A stretch of 64,000 bases of DNA from NCBI GenBank assembly GCA_002360555.1, contig DEQS01000105.1, positions 172,154 through 236,153 on the forward strand, written 5' to 3'. A model generated the notes under the pieces. That model was given only the letters and a program-made list of their open reading frames with translations. It ran no database searches and was not told the origin of the DNA. Positions 53,662 to 62,600 of the stretch are shown piece by piece. The stretch's first letter is position 1. Every line of letters starts with the position of its first letter. Both the position numbers and the translations under genes were made by a program. The stretch is from Chloracidobacterium sp. UBA3360 (GTDB lineage Bacteria > Acidobacteriota > Blastocatellia > Pyrinomonadales > Pyrinomonadaceae).

Positions 53662-54926
53662 TACGAGTCAGTGATCCTTACTTTTGAGCCGTTCGGAATG
53701 ATGAAACCGCTCGAAGAAGTGATGAGTGATGAGTGATTAGTGATGAGTGAGGAGGGAGAAAGATTTGAAAGGCGCATGGCGGCGGTTGTTGTTTGGTCGA
53801 GGGAGGTGACGATGTGGATGTTGTAGTGTTCGGCTTTTTGGAGGAGGCTCCAGGCGGTTTGGCCGTTGACTTGGTATTTATTGCAGAGTCGGGCGGCTAG
53901 GTCGCGGCTGTTTGGGGCTGAGAACCAGTCGAGAAAATCTTCGCGGCCGAGGCCGTCGGGGCATTCGGCGACGAGGATGATGGTTCCGCCTTCGTTACAG
54001 GCGTGCGAAGCGGCCTCTAGCGTTTTGTGTGCCTGGATCAGGTTGATGTCGTGTGGATAGCCGCCGCAGCCGGCGATCACGACGTCGCGTCGGCTGGCAA
54101 TCCGGACGGTGTGGCCGGCGGCGTATGCGGCACACGCGGCCCGGTGTGAGGTGACCCAGTCGCCGCAAAATATGTCGGTGGCCTCGCCCGCTTCGTTTGT
54201 GATGGTGTTTATGGCAAATGCCGGATTGATGGTGGCGACGGCCTCCATAAAGGCTTCGTGGACGGCGTTGCCATCGAGCACGCCGGTGTCGACACCTGCT
54301 CGGCGGTCGAGCGTGTCGCAATCAAATGCGAGTTTGTGTGTGCCGGACACCGTTCGGGTCGAGGCGAGCCCCGGGCAGATGAGTTTGCGTCCGCCGGTAA
54401 AGCCGGCAAAGTAATGAAAATTGACTCCGCCGACCAGGATGACGCGGTCATACATGGTGAGGGCACGGTTGAGCTCGATGGGTATGCCTTGGCTCGTCTC
54501 GCCGAGCCGGATGATCTGCGCAAGATCGCGCGGGTCGTGGTCGAGCGTTTTGATACGCTGGGCGATAAACGGCGTCAGTATCGACTCTTTTTCGGCCTGG
54601 GTCACGCGACGGTGGATGCCGGTCGCAAAGATGATGTTGATCTCGTGCGGGGCCGAGCCATTCGCGATCAGGCGGCGGACGAACAGATTGACGATCTGTC
54701 CGGCGGCGGTCCGGCGGGTGGCGTCGGGTACGACGACCAGGACGGTCTCGCCGGGTGCGACGATGTCTTCGATAACGGGCGTGTCGATGGGCGCGTCGAG
54801 CCGGGCATTGATCTCGGCGTCGGTGAGCGGCGGCGGTTCGGCGGCGGTGGAGAGGATATCAAAGCGGGCGGGATCGTATTCGATGGGGATCGAGGTGTGG
54901 CCGTATTTGAGATCTATCGTTGGCAT
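53658..54926 (-). CDS. LarA-like (nickel-pincer lactate racemase family, DUF2088) protein
   Basis: I moved the start to MPTIDLKYGHTSIPIEY (ATG 54926), leaving 422 aa. The family motif GGVNFHYFAGFTGGRK is present. The upstream ORF-track extension is Arg/Ser-rich and crosses a tandem repeat. Confidence 0.7.
   Translation of the reverse strand: MPTIDLKYGHTSIPIEYDPARFDILSTAAEPPPLTDAEINARLDAPIDTPVIEDIVAPGETVLVVVPDATRRTAAGQIVNLFVRRLIANGSAPHEINIIFATGIHRRVTQAEKESILTPFIAQRIKTLDHDPRDLAQIIRLGETSQGIPIELNRALTMYDRVILVGGVNFHYFAGFTGGRKLICPGLASTRTVSGTHKLAFDCDTLDRRAGVDTGVLDGNAVHEAFMEAVATINPAFAINTITNEAGEATDIFCGDWVTSHRAACAAYAAGHTVRIASRRDVVIAGCGGYPHDINLIQAHKTLEAASHACNEGGTIILVAECPDGLGREDFLDWFSAPNSRDLAARLCNKYQVNGQTAWSLLQKAEHYNIHIVTSLDQTTTAAMRLSNLSPSSLITNHSSLITSSSGFIIPNGSKVRITDSY
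53719..53753. repeat. Heptanucleotide tandem repeat x5 (gtgatga/gtgatta/gtgagga)
   Basis: gtgatga gtgatga gtgatta gtgatga gtgagga. It lies inside the last ~30 codons of the LarA-like ORF, encoding SSLITNHSSLITSS. Confidence 0.85.
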
Positions 54927-54927
54927 A

Positions 54928-54984
54928 AAAGAAGTTTCCCGCAAAGACGCAAAGAAGTTTTCCCGCAGAGCCGCAAAGAAGAGG
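54928..54984. repeat. ~23-nt tandem repeat x2.4 filling the FecR-LarA spacer
   Basis: aaagaagtttcccgcaaagacgc / aaagaagttttcccgcagagccgc / aaagaagagg. Confidence 0.8.
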
Positions 54985-56220
54985 TCAATAGCGTCTGAGC
55001 ACGGCGCCGTTGCGGAGGGAGATGATAAATCCGGTGCGGTTGCCGCGGTCGTCGCCAATCTCGACCGCGACCTCGATCGACGGGGTTGATATCTGCAGCT
55101 TAAAAGCTCCGTCCGGCCCTGCAAAAGTATCGCGTCCGGCGGCCCGCACGATCATGCCGGGACGTGTGCGGCCGGTCAGGATGTGGACGTTGCCGCCCAC
55201 GCGTTCGACCTTAAAATCGGTGGCGTCGATCGCCTGGCTTTCTCCGGCACGCACGACCATAAATTTCCACGCGTCGTTCCAGTTGGTGACCTGGCCCGAG
55301 ACGGCGGTCGCTTTGATACGCCAATAATATGTGCCGGGCGAGAGGCCCGACAGGCGAAACTCTCGTGCCGTCAGCCCGCTGCGGTCAACGAGGATCGAAT
55401 CGGATGCAAAGATCGGCGAACGTGCGACTTGCACGTAATAACTTTTTGCCGGGTTGCCCTCAGCGTCCTGCCAACTAAATGCCGTGCTCACACCGCCGCC
55501 GGTATCGACTATCTGGGCGGAGTTTGACGGGGCAAGCGGACGCGGCGCGGCCATGAGGCGTTCGCGGGCGGACAGCTTACCGTTATTGACCGAGGCGAAT
55601 TCGTTCTCGCCGATCAACGTCTTTTCGCCGCCGATCGTTGTTTCGACACCGCCGCGGCTGATGCGGATCTCACCGCCATTCACCCCGTCAGCGTTAAAAC
55701 TCGCGTCGGTTTTTGGCAACAATTGGTTTTCAGAATCGGCGACCTCGACGATGTTTCGCGCGTCCGCCGTCTGGTCGTCGGTGCGGACATTTAGCTGGCC
55801 GTCATCGAGCGATACGCGGACGTTTTTGCCGCCAAATAGCGATGTCGTATCTTTGACGACGACCGTGCTGTTTGGCCCGATCTTGTACGACGAGCCGTCG
55901 ATCATCTGGATCGAAGCACGCCCATCGGCTTGCGTCTGGATGGTGTCGCCTGCCATTACAAACGTCTCTTTGGTAACCAGTATCGTCTCGCGGGTTGCGG
56001 CACGGGTGACGCGGACCTCGCCTTCGAAAGAGATGATCCGTGCGGCGTCTTTTGGTATTTCGACGTTTTCCTTGGGGATAAACCAATTATTGCGCGACGC
56101 GTACCACAAACCCCCACCAAGCGCCGCCAGCAAAACAACCGCCGCGATCAGTCCATAGATCGTGCTTTTGCGGATGTTCCACCAGTCGACGTAAAATTTG
56201 CGGTAATTATTGTCGTCCAT
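54985..56220 (-). CDS. FecR-domain membrane-anchored protein with C-terminal Ig/FN3-like modules
   Basis: 411 aa with one TM segment (IYGLIAAVVLLAALGGGLWY). FecR-like beta-sandwich (GDTIQTQADGRASIQMIDGSSYKIGPNSTVVV) followed by PGTYYWRIKA-type modules. Confidence 0.6.
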   Translation of the reverse strand: MDDNNYRKFYVDWWNIRKSTIYGLIAAVVLLAALGGGLWYASRNNWFIPKENVEIPKDAARIISFEGEVRVTRAATRETILVTKETFVMAGDTIQTQADGRASIQMIDGSSYKIGPNSTVVVKDTTSLFGGKNVRVSLDDGQLNVRTDDQTADARNIVEVADSENQLLPKTDASFNADGVNGGEIRISRGGVETTIGGEKTLIGENEFASVNNGKLSARERLMAAPRPLAPSNSAQIVDTGGGVSTAFSWQDAEGNPAKSYYVQVARSPIFASDSILVDRSGLTAREFRLSGLSPGTYYWRIKATAVSGQVTNWNDAWKFMVVRAGESQAIDATDFKVERVGGNVHILTGRTRPGMIVRAAGRDTFAGPDGAFKLQISTPSIEVAVEIGDDRGNRTGFIISLRNGAVLRRY

Positions 56221-56232
56221 TAGAACGGGAGT

Positions 56233-57291
56233 TTATTCGGCGACGGTCTCGGTGTCATCCGCATCATGTTTGTGCGGAAAGATCAGCGACAATATCACGG
56301 CGACGACTATCGCACCAACGACGATCCCGAGCGAAATATTAATAACCGGCTGCTCAAATTCGTGATTAAGATACCGCCTGACAAATACCGAAAATGCCCC
56401 TTGGTCCTCAGCCCCTAACATCAACACCGACGCGTGTGCGGCGAGCGGCAGCAGCATCTTGATACCAATAAAACTTAGCACAAAAGCGAGGCCGTATTTC
56501 AAAAAATGAAACCGGTCGGCAAGATCGGCCAGCAGAAAGAAAAACGTTCGCAGCCCGAGGATGGCAAAGATATTGGATGTGTAAACGATAAACCGGTCGG
56601 TCGTGATGCCGAGGATCGCCGGTATCGAATCGACGGCAAAGACCAGATCGGCGACGTTGATGACGATCAGCACGAGCAGCAACAGGGTGCCGGTGCGTTT
56701 ACCGTCAACGACGACGAAAAATTTTTCTTTGTCGTAATGCTTTGAAATCCGGACAAATCTTGTCGTCAAACGGACGATCGCACTGTCCTCGGGTTCGAAT
56801 GATTCGTCCTCGCCAAACATCTTGAGGCCCGTGTAGATCAGGAACGCGCCAAAGAAATACAGCACCCAGTGAAAACTCTCGACCAGCTCGACGCCCGCAA
56901 ATATCATGACCATGCGCATAACGAGGGCCATGAAAATGCCCCAAAACAGCACGCGGTGACGGTACTTTTCGGCAACCTTGAAATAGCTGAATATCAGCAA
57001 AAAGACAAACAGGTTATCGATCGAGAGCGACATCTCGACGAGATAACCGGTGAAAAATTCTTTCGCTTTGATCGCGGCCGCGGCCGGGCCGTAGGTGCTA
57101 TTGACGAACCAATAGACAAATCCGTTAAAGATCAGAGCGAGCGATACCCAGATAAAGCTCCAGACAAACGTCTCTTTGCGCGTGGGTTTGTGCGATTTGC
57201 GGTTGACTATGCCAATATCGACAAATAGCGCCGCGAGGACCAAGGCGAAAAATGATATCCAGACCCAATATGGAAATTCGACTATTGTCAT
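56233..57291 (-). CDS. TerC-family integral membrane protein
   Basis: 352 aa. The YLVEMSLSIDNLFVF and VDSIPAILGIT repeats are characteristic of TerC/Alx. Confidence 0.85.
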   Translation of the reverse strand: MTIVEFPYWVWISFFALVLAALFVDIGIVNRKSHKPTRKETFVWSFIWVSLALIFNGFVYWFVNSTYGPAAAAIKAKEFFTGYLVEMSLSIDNLFVFLLIFSYFKVAEKYRHRVLFWGIFMALVMRMVMIFAGVELVESFHWVLYFFGAFLIYTGLKMFGEDESFEPEDSAIVRLTTRFVRISKHYDKEKFFVVVDGKRTGTLLLLVLIVINVADLVFAVDSIPAILGITTDRFIVYTSNIFAILGLRTFFFLLADLADRFHFLKYGLAFVLSFIGIKMLLPLAAHASVLMLGAEDQGAFSVFVRRYLNHEFEQPVINISLGIVVGAIVVAVILSLIFPHKHDADDTETVAE

Positions 57292-57315
57292 AGGTTAGCT
57301 AGTGCTTGTGTGAAT

Positions 57316-57810
57316 CTAAATAAATCTCTCGATCGTTTTGACGACGCGGCCCAGGCCGTCGGCATCGGTTTGCGAAAAATCGTCCAGTGTATCGCTATCG
57401 ACATCGAGCACACCAAAAACGCTGTCGTCGCGGCTAATAATCGGCACGACGATCTCCGATCTTGACGCTGTCGCACAGGCGATATGGCCGGGAAATTCGT
57501 CGACGTTTGGTACGATCACAGTTTCCCGCGTCGTGTAAGCGTGGCCGCAGACGCCCGCGTCAAACGCGATGCGAGTACATGCAAGCGGCCCTTGAAACGG
57601 CCCGAGAACAAGCTGGCCGTCCTTAACCAAGTAAAAACCGACCCAGAAAAAGCCAAATGCTTCGCGCAGCACCGCTGCGATGTTGGCGAGATTTGCGACG
57701 ACATCCCTCTCACCATCAACGAGCGAGTCGATCTGAGGCACGATCTCGTCGTAAATGATTTTCCTGTCAGCATTTGCCGTGAACGCGATGGATTCCGCCA
57801 TAAACAGCAA
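57316..57810 (-). CDS. GAF-domain free methionine-(R)-sulfoxide reductase (fRMsr/MsrC-like)
   Basis: 164 aa. GPFQGPLACTRIAFDAGVCG...GHIACATASRSEIVVPI carries the three conserved Cys of fRMsr. Confidence 0.8.
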   Translation of the reverse strand: MLFMAESIAFTANADRKIIYDEIVPQIDSLVDGERDVVANLANIAAVLREAFGFFWVGFYLVKDGQLVLGPFQGPLACTRIAFDAGVCGHAYTTRETVIVPNVDEFPGHIACATASRSEIVVPIISRDDSVFGVLDVDSDTLDDFSQTDADGLGRVVKTIERFI

Positions 57811-57875
57811 GTTTAGCCTGTGCTTGCTAAGGTGTGCAAATGATTTAACTGTCCGGAAAATGTATAATTTCGGCG

Positions 57876-58259
57876 ATGGAAGCTGCTCTCAAGATATTTG
57901 CGGTCGGCGTCGGCGGTGCTTTTGGCGCCGTGGCTCGTTATCTGGTCAATATCTCGCCGCTTGCGGGGCTGTTTGGCAAATTTCCATTCCCGACATTTGT
58001 CATCAACATCGTCGGGTCATTTCTGATCGGCTTTTTGATGATCGTGTTCGCGGACAAATGGGCGGTGAGTGAAAACGTGCGGATCGCCGTGATCGTTGGC
58101 TTTTTAGGAGCTTTCACTACGTTTTCGACTTTTGAGCTAGAGATCTATTCGCTTATCCGTGACCACGAATTTATGACCGGATTTCTCTATCTTTTCCTCA
58201 GCGTGCTTGTCGGTTTTATCGGCGTCGTAGCCGGCATCGAGTTAGGCCGCCGGGTTTAG
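57876..58259 (+). CDS. crcB: Fluoride ion channel CrcB/FluC
   Basis: 127 aa with four TM segments. GGAFGAVARY and GFLGAFTTFSTF motifs. Confidence 0.9.
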   Translation: MEAALKIFAVGVGGAFGAVARYLVNISPLAGLFGKFPFPTFVINIVGSFLIGFLMIVFADKWAVSENVRIAVIVGFLGAFTTFSTFELEIYSLIRDHEFMTGFLYLFLSVLVGFIGVVAGIELGRRV

Positions 58260-59384
58260 CTGCTCGCGGGCGGCACGTACGATCAGGGCAGCGTCGCTCG
58301 CCGTATCAGCAACCGCCGTCAGGTGCCCCATCTTTCTTCCTTTTCTCGGTTCCATCTTGCCGTATAGGTGCAGTTTAATGTTCGGATCGGTAAGAGCGGC
58401 CGACCAGTCGGGTTCGCCGTTTGCCCAAACATCCCCAAGCAGATTTGCCATCGCCGCCGGGCGGTAAAACTCAGTGGAGCCAAGCGGCAGTCCGCACACG
58501 GCACGAAGCTGCTGTTCGAATTGCGAGGTCACGCACGGTCCAAATGTCAGGTGGCCCGAGTTGTGCGGACGCGGGGCAAGCTCATTTACAAGCAATTGCC
58601 CATCTCTTGTCAGGAAAAACTCAACGCAGAGCGTGCCGACGTAATCTAATGTTTCGGCAATACTTTGCGTGATCTCAATAGCGTGTTTGTGCGTGCTTTC
58701 CGAAACGTTAGCCGGCGCCAACGAAACGTCAAGGATGTGGTTGGCATGCTCGTTTTCGATCACGCCGTAGTGTGCAAAGTTGCCGCTTTGGTCGCGGGCA
58801 CAAACTACCGAAACTTCTTTTTCAAAATCAACAAATGCTTCGAGTACGGCGTCGTTGCCGTTGAGCGCCGCAAACGCCAGTTCGATATCATCGGCCGTCT
58901 TTATCTTGCTCTGACCCTTGCCGTCGTAACCGAAACCCGCAGTTTTTAGAACGCACGGTGTGCCGAGTTCAATGACGGCATTTTGCAGATCGTCGAGAGT
59001 TTTTATATGGCGAAATGGCGTTACCGGAAAGCCATTTTCAGACAGGAACGTTTTTTCACGCAAACGGTTTTGTGTGGTGTGGAGTATCTCACCTTTTGGA
59101 AAAACATCGACGAACTCAGCCGCCGCTTGCACGCATTCGGACGGCACATTTTCAAATTCAAATGTCACCACATCGAGACTCTGAGCAAACAGTCTGACCT
59201 CATACAGGTCGTCGTATGCCGCGACCGTCTCGATATCCGCAACCTGTCCGGTCGGCGTGTCGCTCTCCGGCGAATAGGCGTGCACTCGATAACCCAGCTT
59301 ACGCGCCTCAATGGCAAACATCCGCCCGAGTTGCCCGCTCCCGAAAACGCCGATGGTTGAATTTGGAAGGATCGTTTTGGTCAC
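58242..59384 (-). CDS. purK: N5-carboxyaminoimidazole ribonucleotide synthase
   Basis: 380 aa, ATP-grasp. IGVFGSGQLGRM and the typical PurK C-terminus. Confidence 0.92.
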   Translation of the reverse strand: MTKTILPNSTIGVFGSGQLGRMFAIEARKLGYRVHAYSPESDTPTGQVADIETVAAYDDLYEVRLFAQSLDVVTFEFENVPSECVQAAAEFVDVFPKGEILHTTQNRLREKTFLSENGFPVTPFRHIKTLDDLQNAVIELGTPCVLKTAGFGYDGKGQSKIKTADDIELAFAALNGNDAVLEAFVDFEKEVSVVCARDQSGNFAHYGVIENEHANHILDVSLAPANVSESTHKHAIEITQSIAETLDYVGTLCVEFFLTRDGQLLVNELAPRPHNSGHLTFGPCVTSQFEQQLRAVCGLPLGSTEFYRPAAMANLLGDVWANGEPDWSAALTDPNIKLHLYGKMEPRKGRKMGHLTAVADTASDAALIVRAAREQLNPAA

Positions 59385-59585
59385 CGATATCTCTTATTGT
59401 GAAGCAATAGATTAACCCAACTTGTCTAAGATATGAATTCGAATTTTGAATATGGAAGCGTACGTGCCCGAACTACTTAATTATGGCTGGGCTGGAAAGA
59501 CCGACCGAACATTTTTTGGGTGGAAATTGAGGCTTTTTTAACATAGTATAAGAACAACTCAAAGTTACTTTTAGGAGCGAATTTT

Positions 59586-59693
59586 ATGCTCTCACGATTT
59601 TTCCGCAAACATTTTGGTTTAGGCCTTTTATCGATCTTTTTGCTTTCAGCGGTGACTGTGATGCTCACGTTCGAGCCTAGAGTTAGTGAATGA
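59586..59693 (+). CDS. 35-codon ORF encoding a signal-peptide-like sequence, out of frame with the downstream repeat protein
   Basis: AGGAG lies 8 nt upstream of ATG 59586. The product is [35 protein letters not shown], with a basic n-region and a hydrophobic core. It overlaps the start of the 1041-aa ORF, whose frame is open from 59662. It is probably the true 5' end of that gene, displaced by a 1-nt frame change. Confidence 0.5.
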   Translation: MLSRFFRKHFGLGLLSIFLLSAVTVMLTFEPRVSE

Positions 59694-62600
59694 GTTTTCA
59701 GGTGAGCCGTCGGGTGACGCAGCTAAACATCATCAGTTCCCCGCCATTGAAAACCCTTCGCCCTCCAAGACTACGGCGGTCGTGACTTGGAAAGGAAGTC
59801 AAGACAATCGTTGGAGTAATCCCGGCAACTGGGAAGGCCGCCGCGTTCCGGGAACATCGGACGTGGTGCGATTCGCCGTTGGCTCAAACTCAGCGGTGTT
59901 GGACACCGGTGCTCCTGGCGTTGTCGCCGGACTTGTTCTGGAATCGGATTATGAAGGGACAGTTACGCTTCAGCGCGACCTGACGGTAAGTAGCGATCTG
60001 ATGCTCGCTGGCGGCACTCTCAGTCAGGGGAATTACCGTTTGAGCCTGAGGAATTACCGTCAAACGGGCGGCACATTCATCGGCGGAGACGCGAGCATGA
60101 TCATCCAGTACGAAGCCATCGTGAGCGGTGGAACACTACTTAGCAGCAGGTCGATGACCGCGCGATCGCTGACGATCAAAGCTCCCGCGGTTGTGACGAT
60201 GGCCGCGAACAGCAAGCTCGACCTAACCGGTGACGGCGAGCCGCTCAGCGGCGATGGCTTACTGGACGTAAAAACGAACGGGCCCAACAGTCTCGAATAC
60301 ACGGGAAGAGCAACGAGCGATGTGACAACCGCTGGCCCTTTGAGGGGGGTACTCGGAGCTGCGGTGTCTGCCAAGGCTGCTTCGCCGTTCGCCATTCGAG
60401 ACTCGAACCGATCACTTGGAATTGATCCCTTACGATCTCGGATCGATCCCTCAGTTTGGGGGCTCACACCCCTTGAACCGAGCCGGGCGTTTGGTAACGA
60501 GGGCCCCGTTCGATCTCAAAAAACTTCCGTGATCCAATCCCTTTTGCCTCAGGAGCCAAGCCAAGCCCTTTCAGGTTCGTTCAGCAGAAGTGCGGCATTG
60601 AGGCTAACCCAAATTGAGGTCCCGAACGCAGCCGCAATTGACACCGTTAACGGTTTTGCTTACTTTGGCACTTCGACCGCGGCTGGCCCCGGCGGTGTGG
60701 TAAAGGTCCGTCTGTCGGACGGCAGCCGCGTTGGAGCGCTGGTTCTCACCGGTCAAGACGATGCCCCTGGCAGCGCAGTGATCGACACCGCTGGCGGCTT
60801 CGTCTATTTTGGCGGGTACAATGGCGACATCATCAAGGTTCGGCTTTCCGACTTCACTCGTGTCGCAGTCATCGAAACGGGTACCGGATTTCAGTCTGCT
60901 GCATTGATCGATACGAATAATGGCTTTGCCTACTTCGGCTCCTTCACAAGTCCCGGAGGCGTTTTTAAGGTCCGACTCTCGGACTTCACTATCGTTGATG
61001 TCCTGCTATTTAATACAGACGAGATCGGAATTCTTTCGGGTGTGATAGATACGGTAAACGGCTTTGCGTACTTTGGCACCTACAACAACAACAACATCAA
61101 CAATCCCACTTTCATAGTAAAGGTCCGCCTTTCAGACTTTACACGCGTCGGCAATTTACAACTACCTGCTTACCCGGCCGGAATGAATCCGACCTGCGGA
61201 GTGATAGACACGGCCAATGGATATGTATACTTCGGCCTCTTTGATAGTCACAGCATTATTAAGGTGCGACTCTCTGATTTCACTCTGGCCAGCACGATTA
61301 CTCCGAACGGAACTCCGAACGGAGATGTGCAATTCCTCCGTTCGGCTGTTATCGACACTGTAAATGGTTATGCCTACTTCGGTGATGTTGCCAATAAGGT
61401 CGTAAAGCTGCGCCTGTCGGATTTCTCAGTAGCGGGGGTGCTAGATGCAGCGTCAGATGACCTATTCTGTGCCGCCATTGACACCTCTAACGGCTTCGCC
61501 TATTTTGGCGGCACCACGCCGCAGGGCGTTGTGAAGGTACGCCTCTCGGACTTCTCGTCGGCGTTCTTTACACCCTTTAGTTTCGGCGAGGACAACCTAA
61601 CGGCTGCGGTCGTCGACCCAGGCAATGGCTTCGCATACTTTGCGACAGGAAGAAACCCGGGCATTGTCAAGGTACGACTCTCAGACTTCACCCGGGTTGG
61701 GTTGTTGACGTTGCCGCAGGACGGTACTAGCTTGTCCACCGGTGTGATCGATACGGCTAACGGATATGCCTATTTCGGAACAGACACTACGCCTGCGAAG
61801 ATCGTCAAGATACAGCTCTCGGACTTTACGCGAGTCAGTGACTTGAGACTGAATTCCGGCGAAGGCGACCTGTTTTCGTCGGCCATCGACCTAGTTAACG
61901 GCTTCGCCTACTTCGGATCACTACGTTCACCGATAGTTGTCAAAATTAGACTTTCAGACTTCGCGCGCGTTGGCAGTTTGACTCTCAATTTCAACGAACG
62001 GCCGCGCTCGATGGTGATAGACACGATCAACGGTTTTGGCTATTTCGGCACTTATGGCGGGTTTGTCACTAAATTTCGGCTCTCGGACTTTACTCGGATT
62101 GGCAATATTCGGCCGACTCAAGATGATTTACTCTCAGCCGTCATAGACCCCGTTGCGGGCTATGCTTACTTTGGTACCCTTAATGGCAGTGTTGTCAGAG
62201 TGCGTCTATCAGACTTCACTGGAGCGGGCACCGTGAGTATGAGCGAAGAGAACCTACAGTCCGCCACGATAGACACAGTTAATGGCTATGCTTACTTCGG
62301 CACTCTCACTAGCCCGGGCAGGGTAGCGAAGATTCGCCTCTCAGACTTTGTCCGCGTCGACGGCTTGACTCTGAACGCGGGAGAGGACGCCTTGACTTCC
62401 GCCGTGATAGACCCGGCTAATAGTTTTGCTTACTTTGGCACCGGCACCCGGCCCGGCATAGTCGTAAAGATCAACCTTTCGGTCGCCGTGCCCTACTATA
62501 TATCGGGACGTGTTCTAACCCCCGAGGGTAGGGGAGTGAAAAATGCTGTGGTCACTCTCACCGATCCGCAAAACGTAACTCGTCAAACAAATACCGATCC

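Noticed and set aside
54258-55089. Two plus-strand ORFs of 246 and 222 aa.
   Set aside because: They are antisense to the LarA-like gene and the FecR 3' end. Both are Gly/Arg/Asp-rich low-complexity products, while the opposite strand carries the family motif GGVNFHYFAGFTGGRK.
54927-55124. N-terminal extension of ORF 53658..55124.
   Set aside because: It crosses the 23-nt tandem repeat and the FecR 3' end and gives an Arg/Ser-rich peptide. LarA-family proteins begin near MPTIDLKYG.
55454-56158. 234-aa plus-strand ORF.
   Set aside because: It is antisense to the FecR-domain gene. The product is Ser/Pro/Ala-rich with no start context.
57292-57315. yybP-ykoY manganese riboswitch upstream of the TerC-family gene.
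   Set aside because: Only 24 nt separate it from the upstream GAF-domain gene, so there is no room for the element.
57811-57900. Possible fluoride (crcB-motif) riboswitch, prompted by ggcgatgg near the crcB start.
   Set aside because: The ggcgatgg string includes the crcB start codon itself. The remaining conserved elements (pseudoknot partner, CUGAUGA-like segment) are absent, and the spacer is too short.
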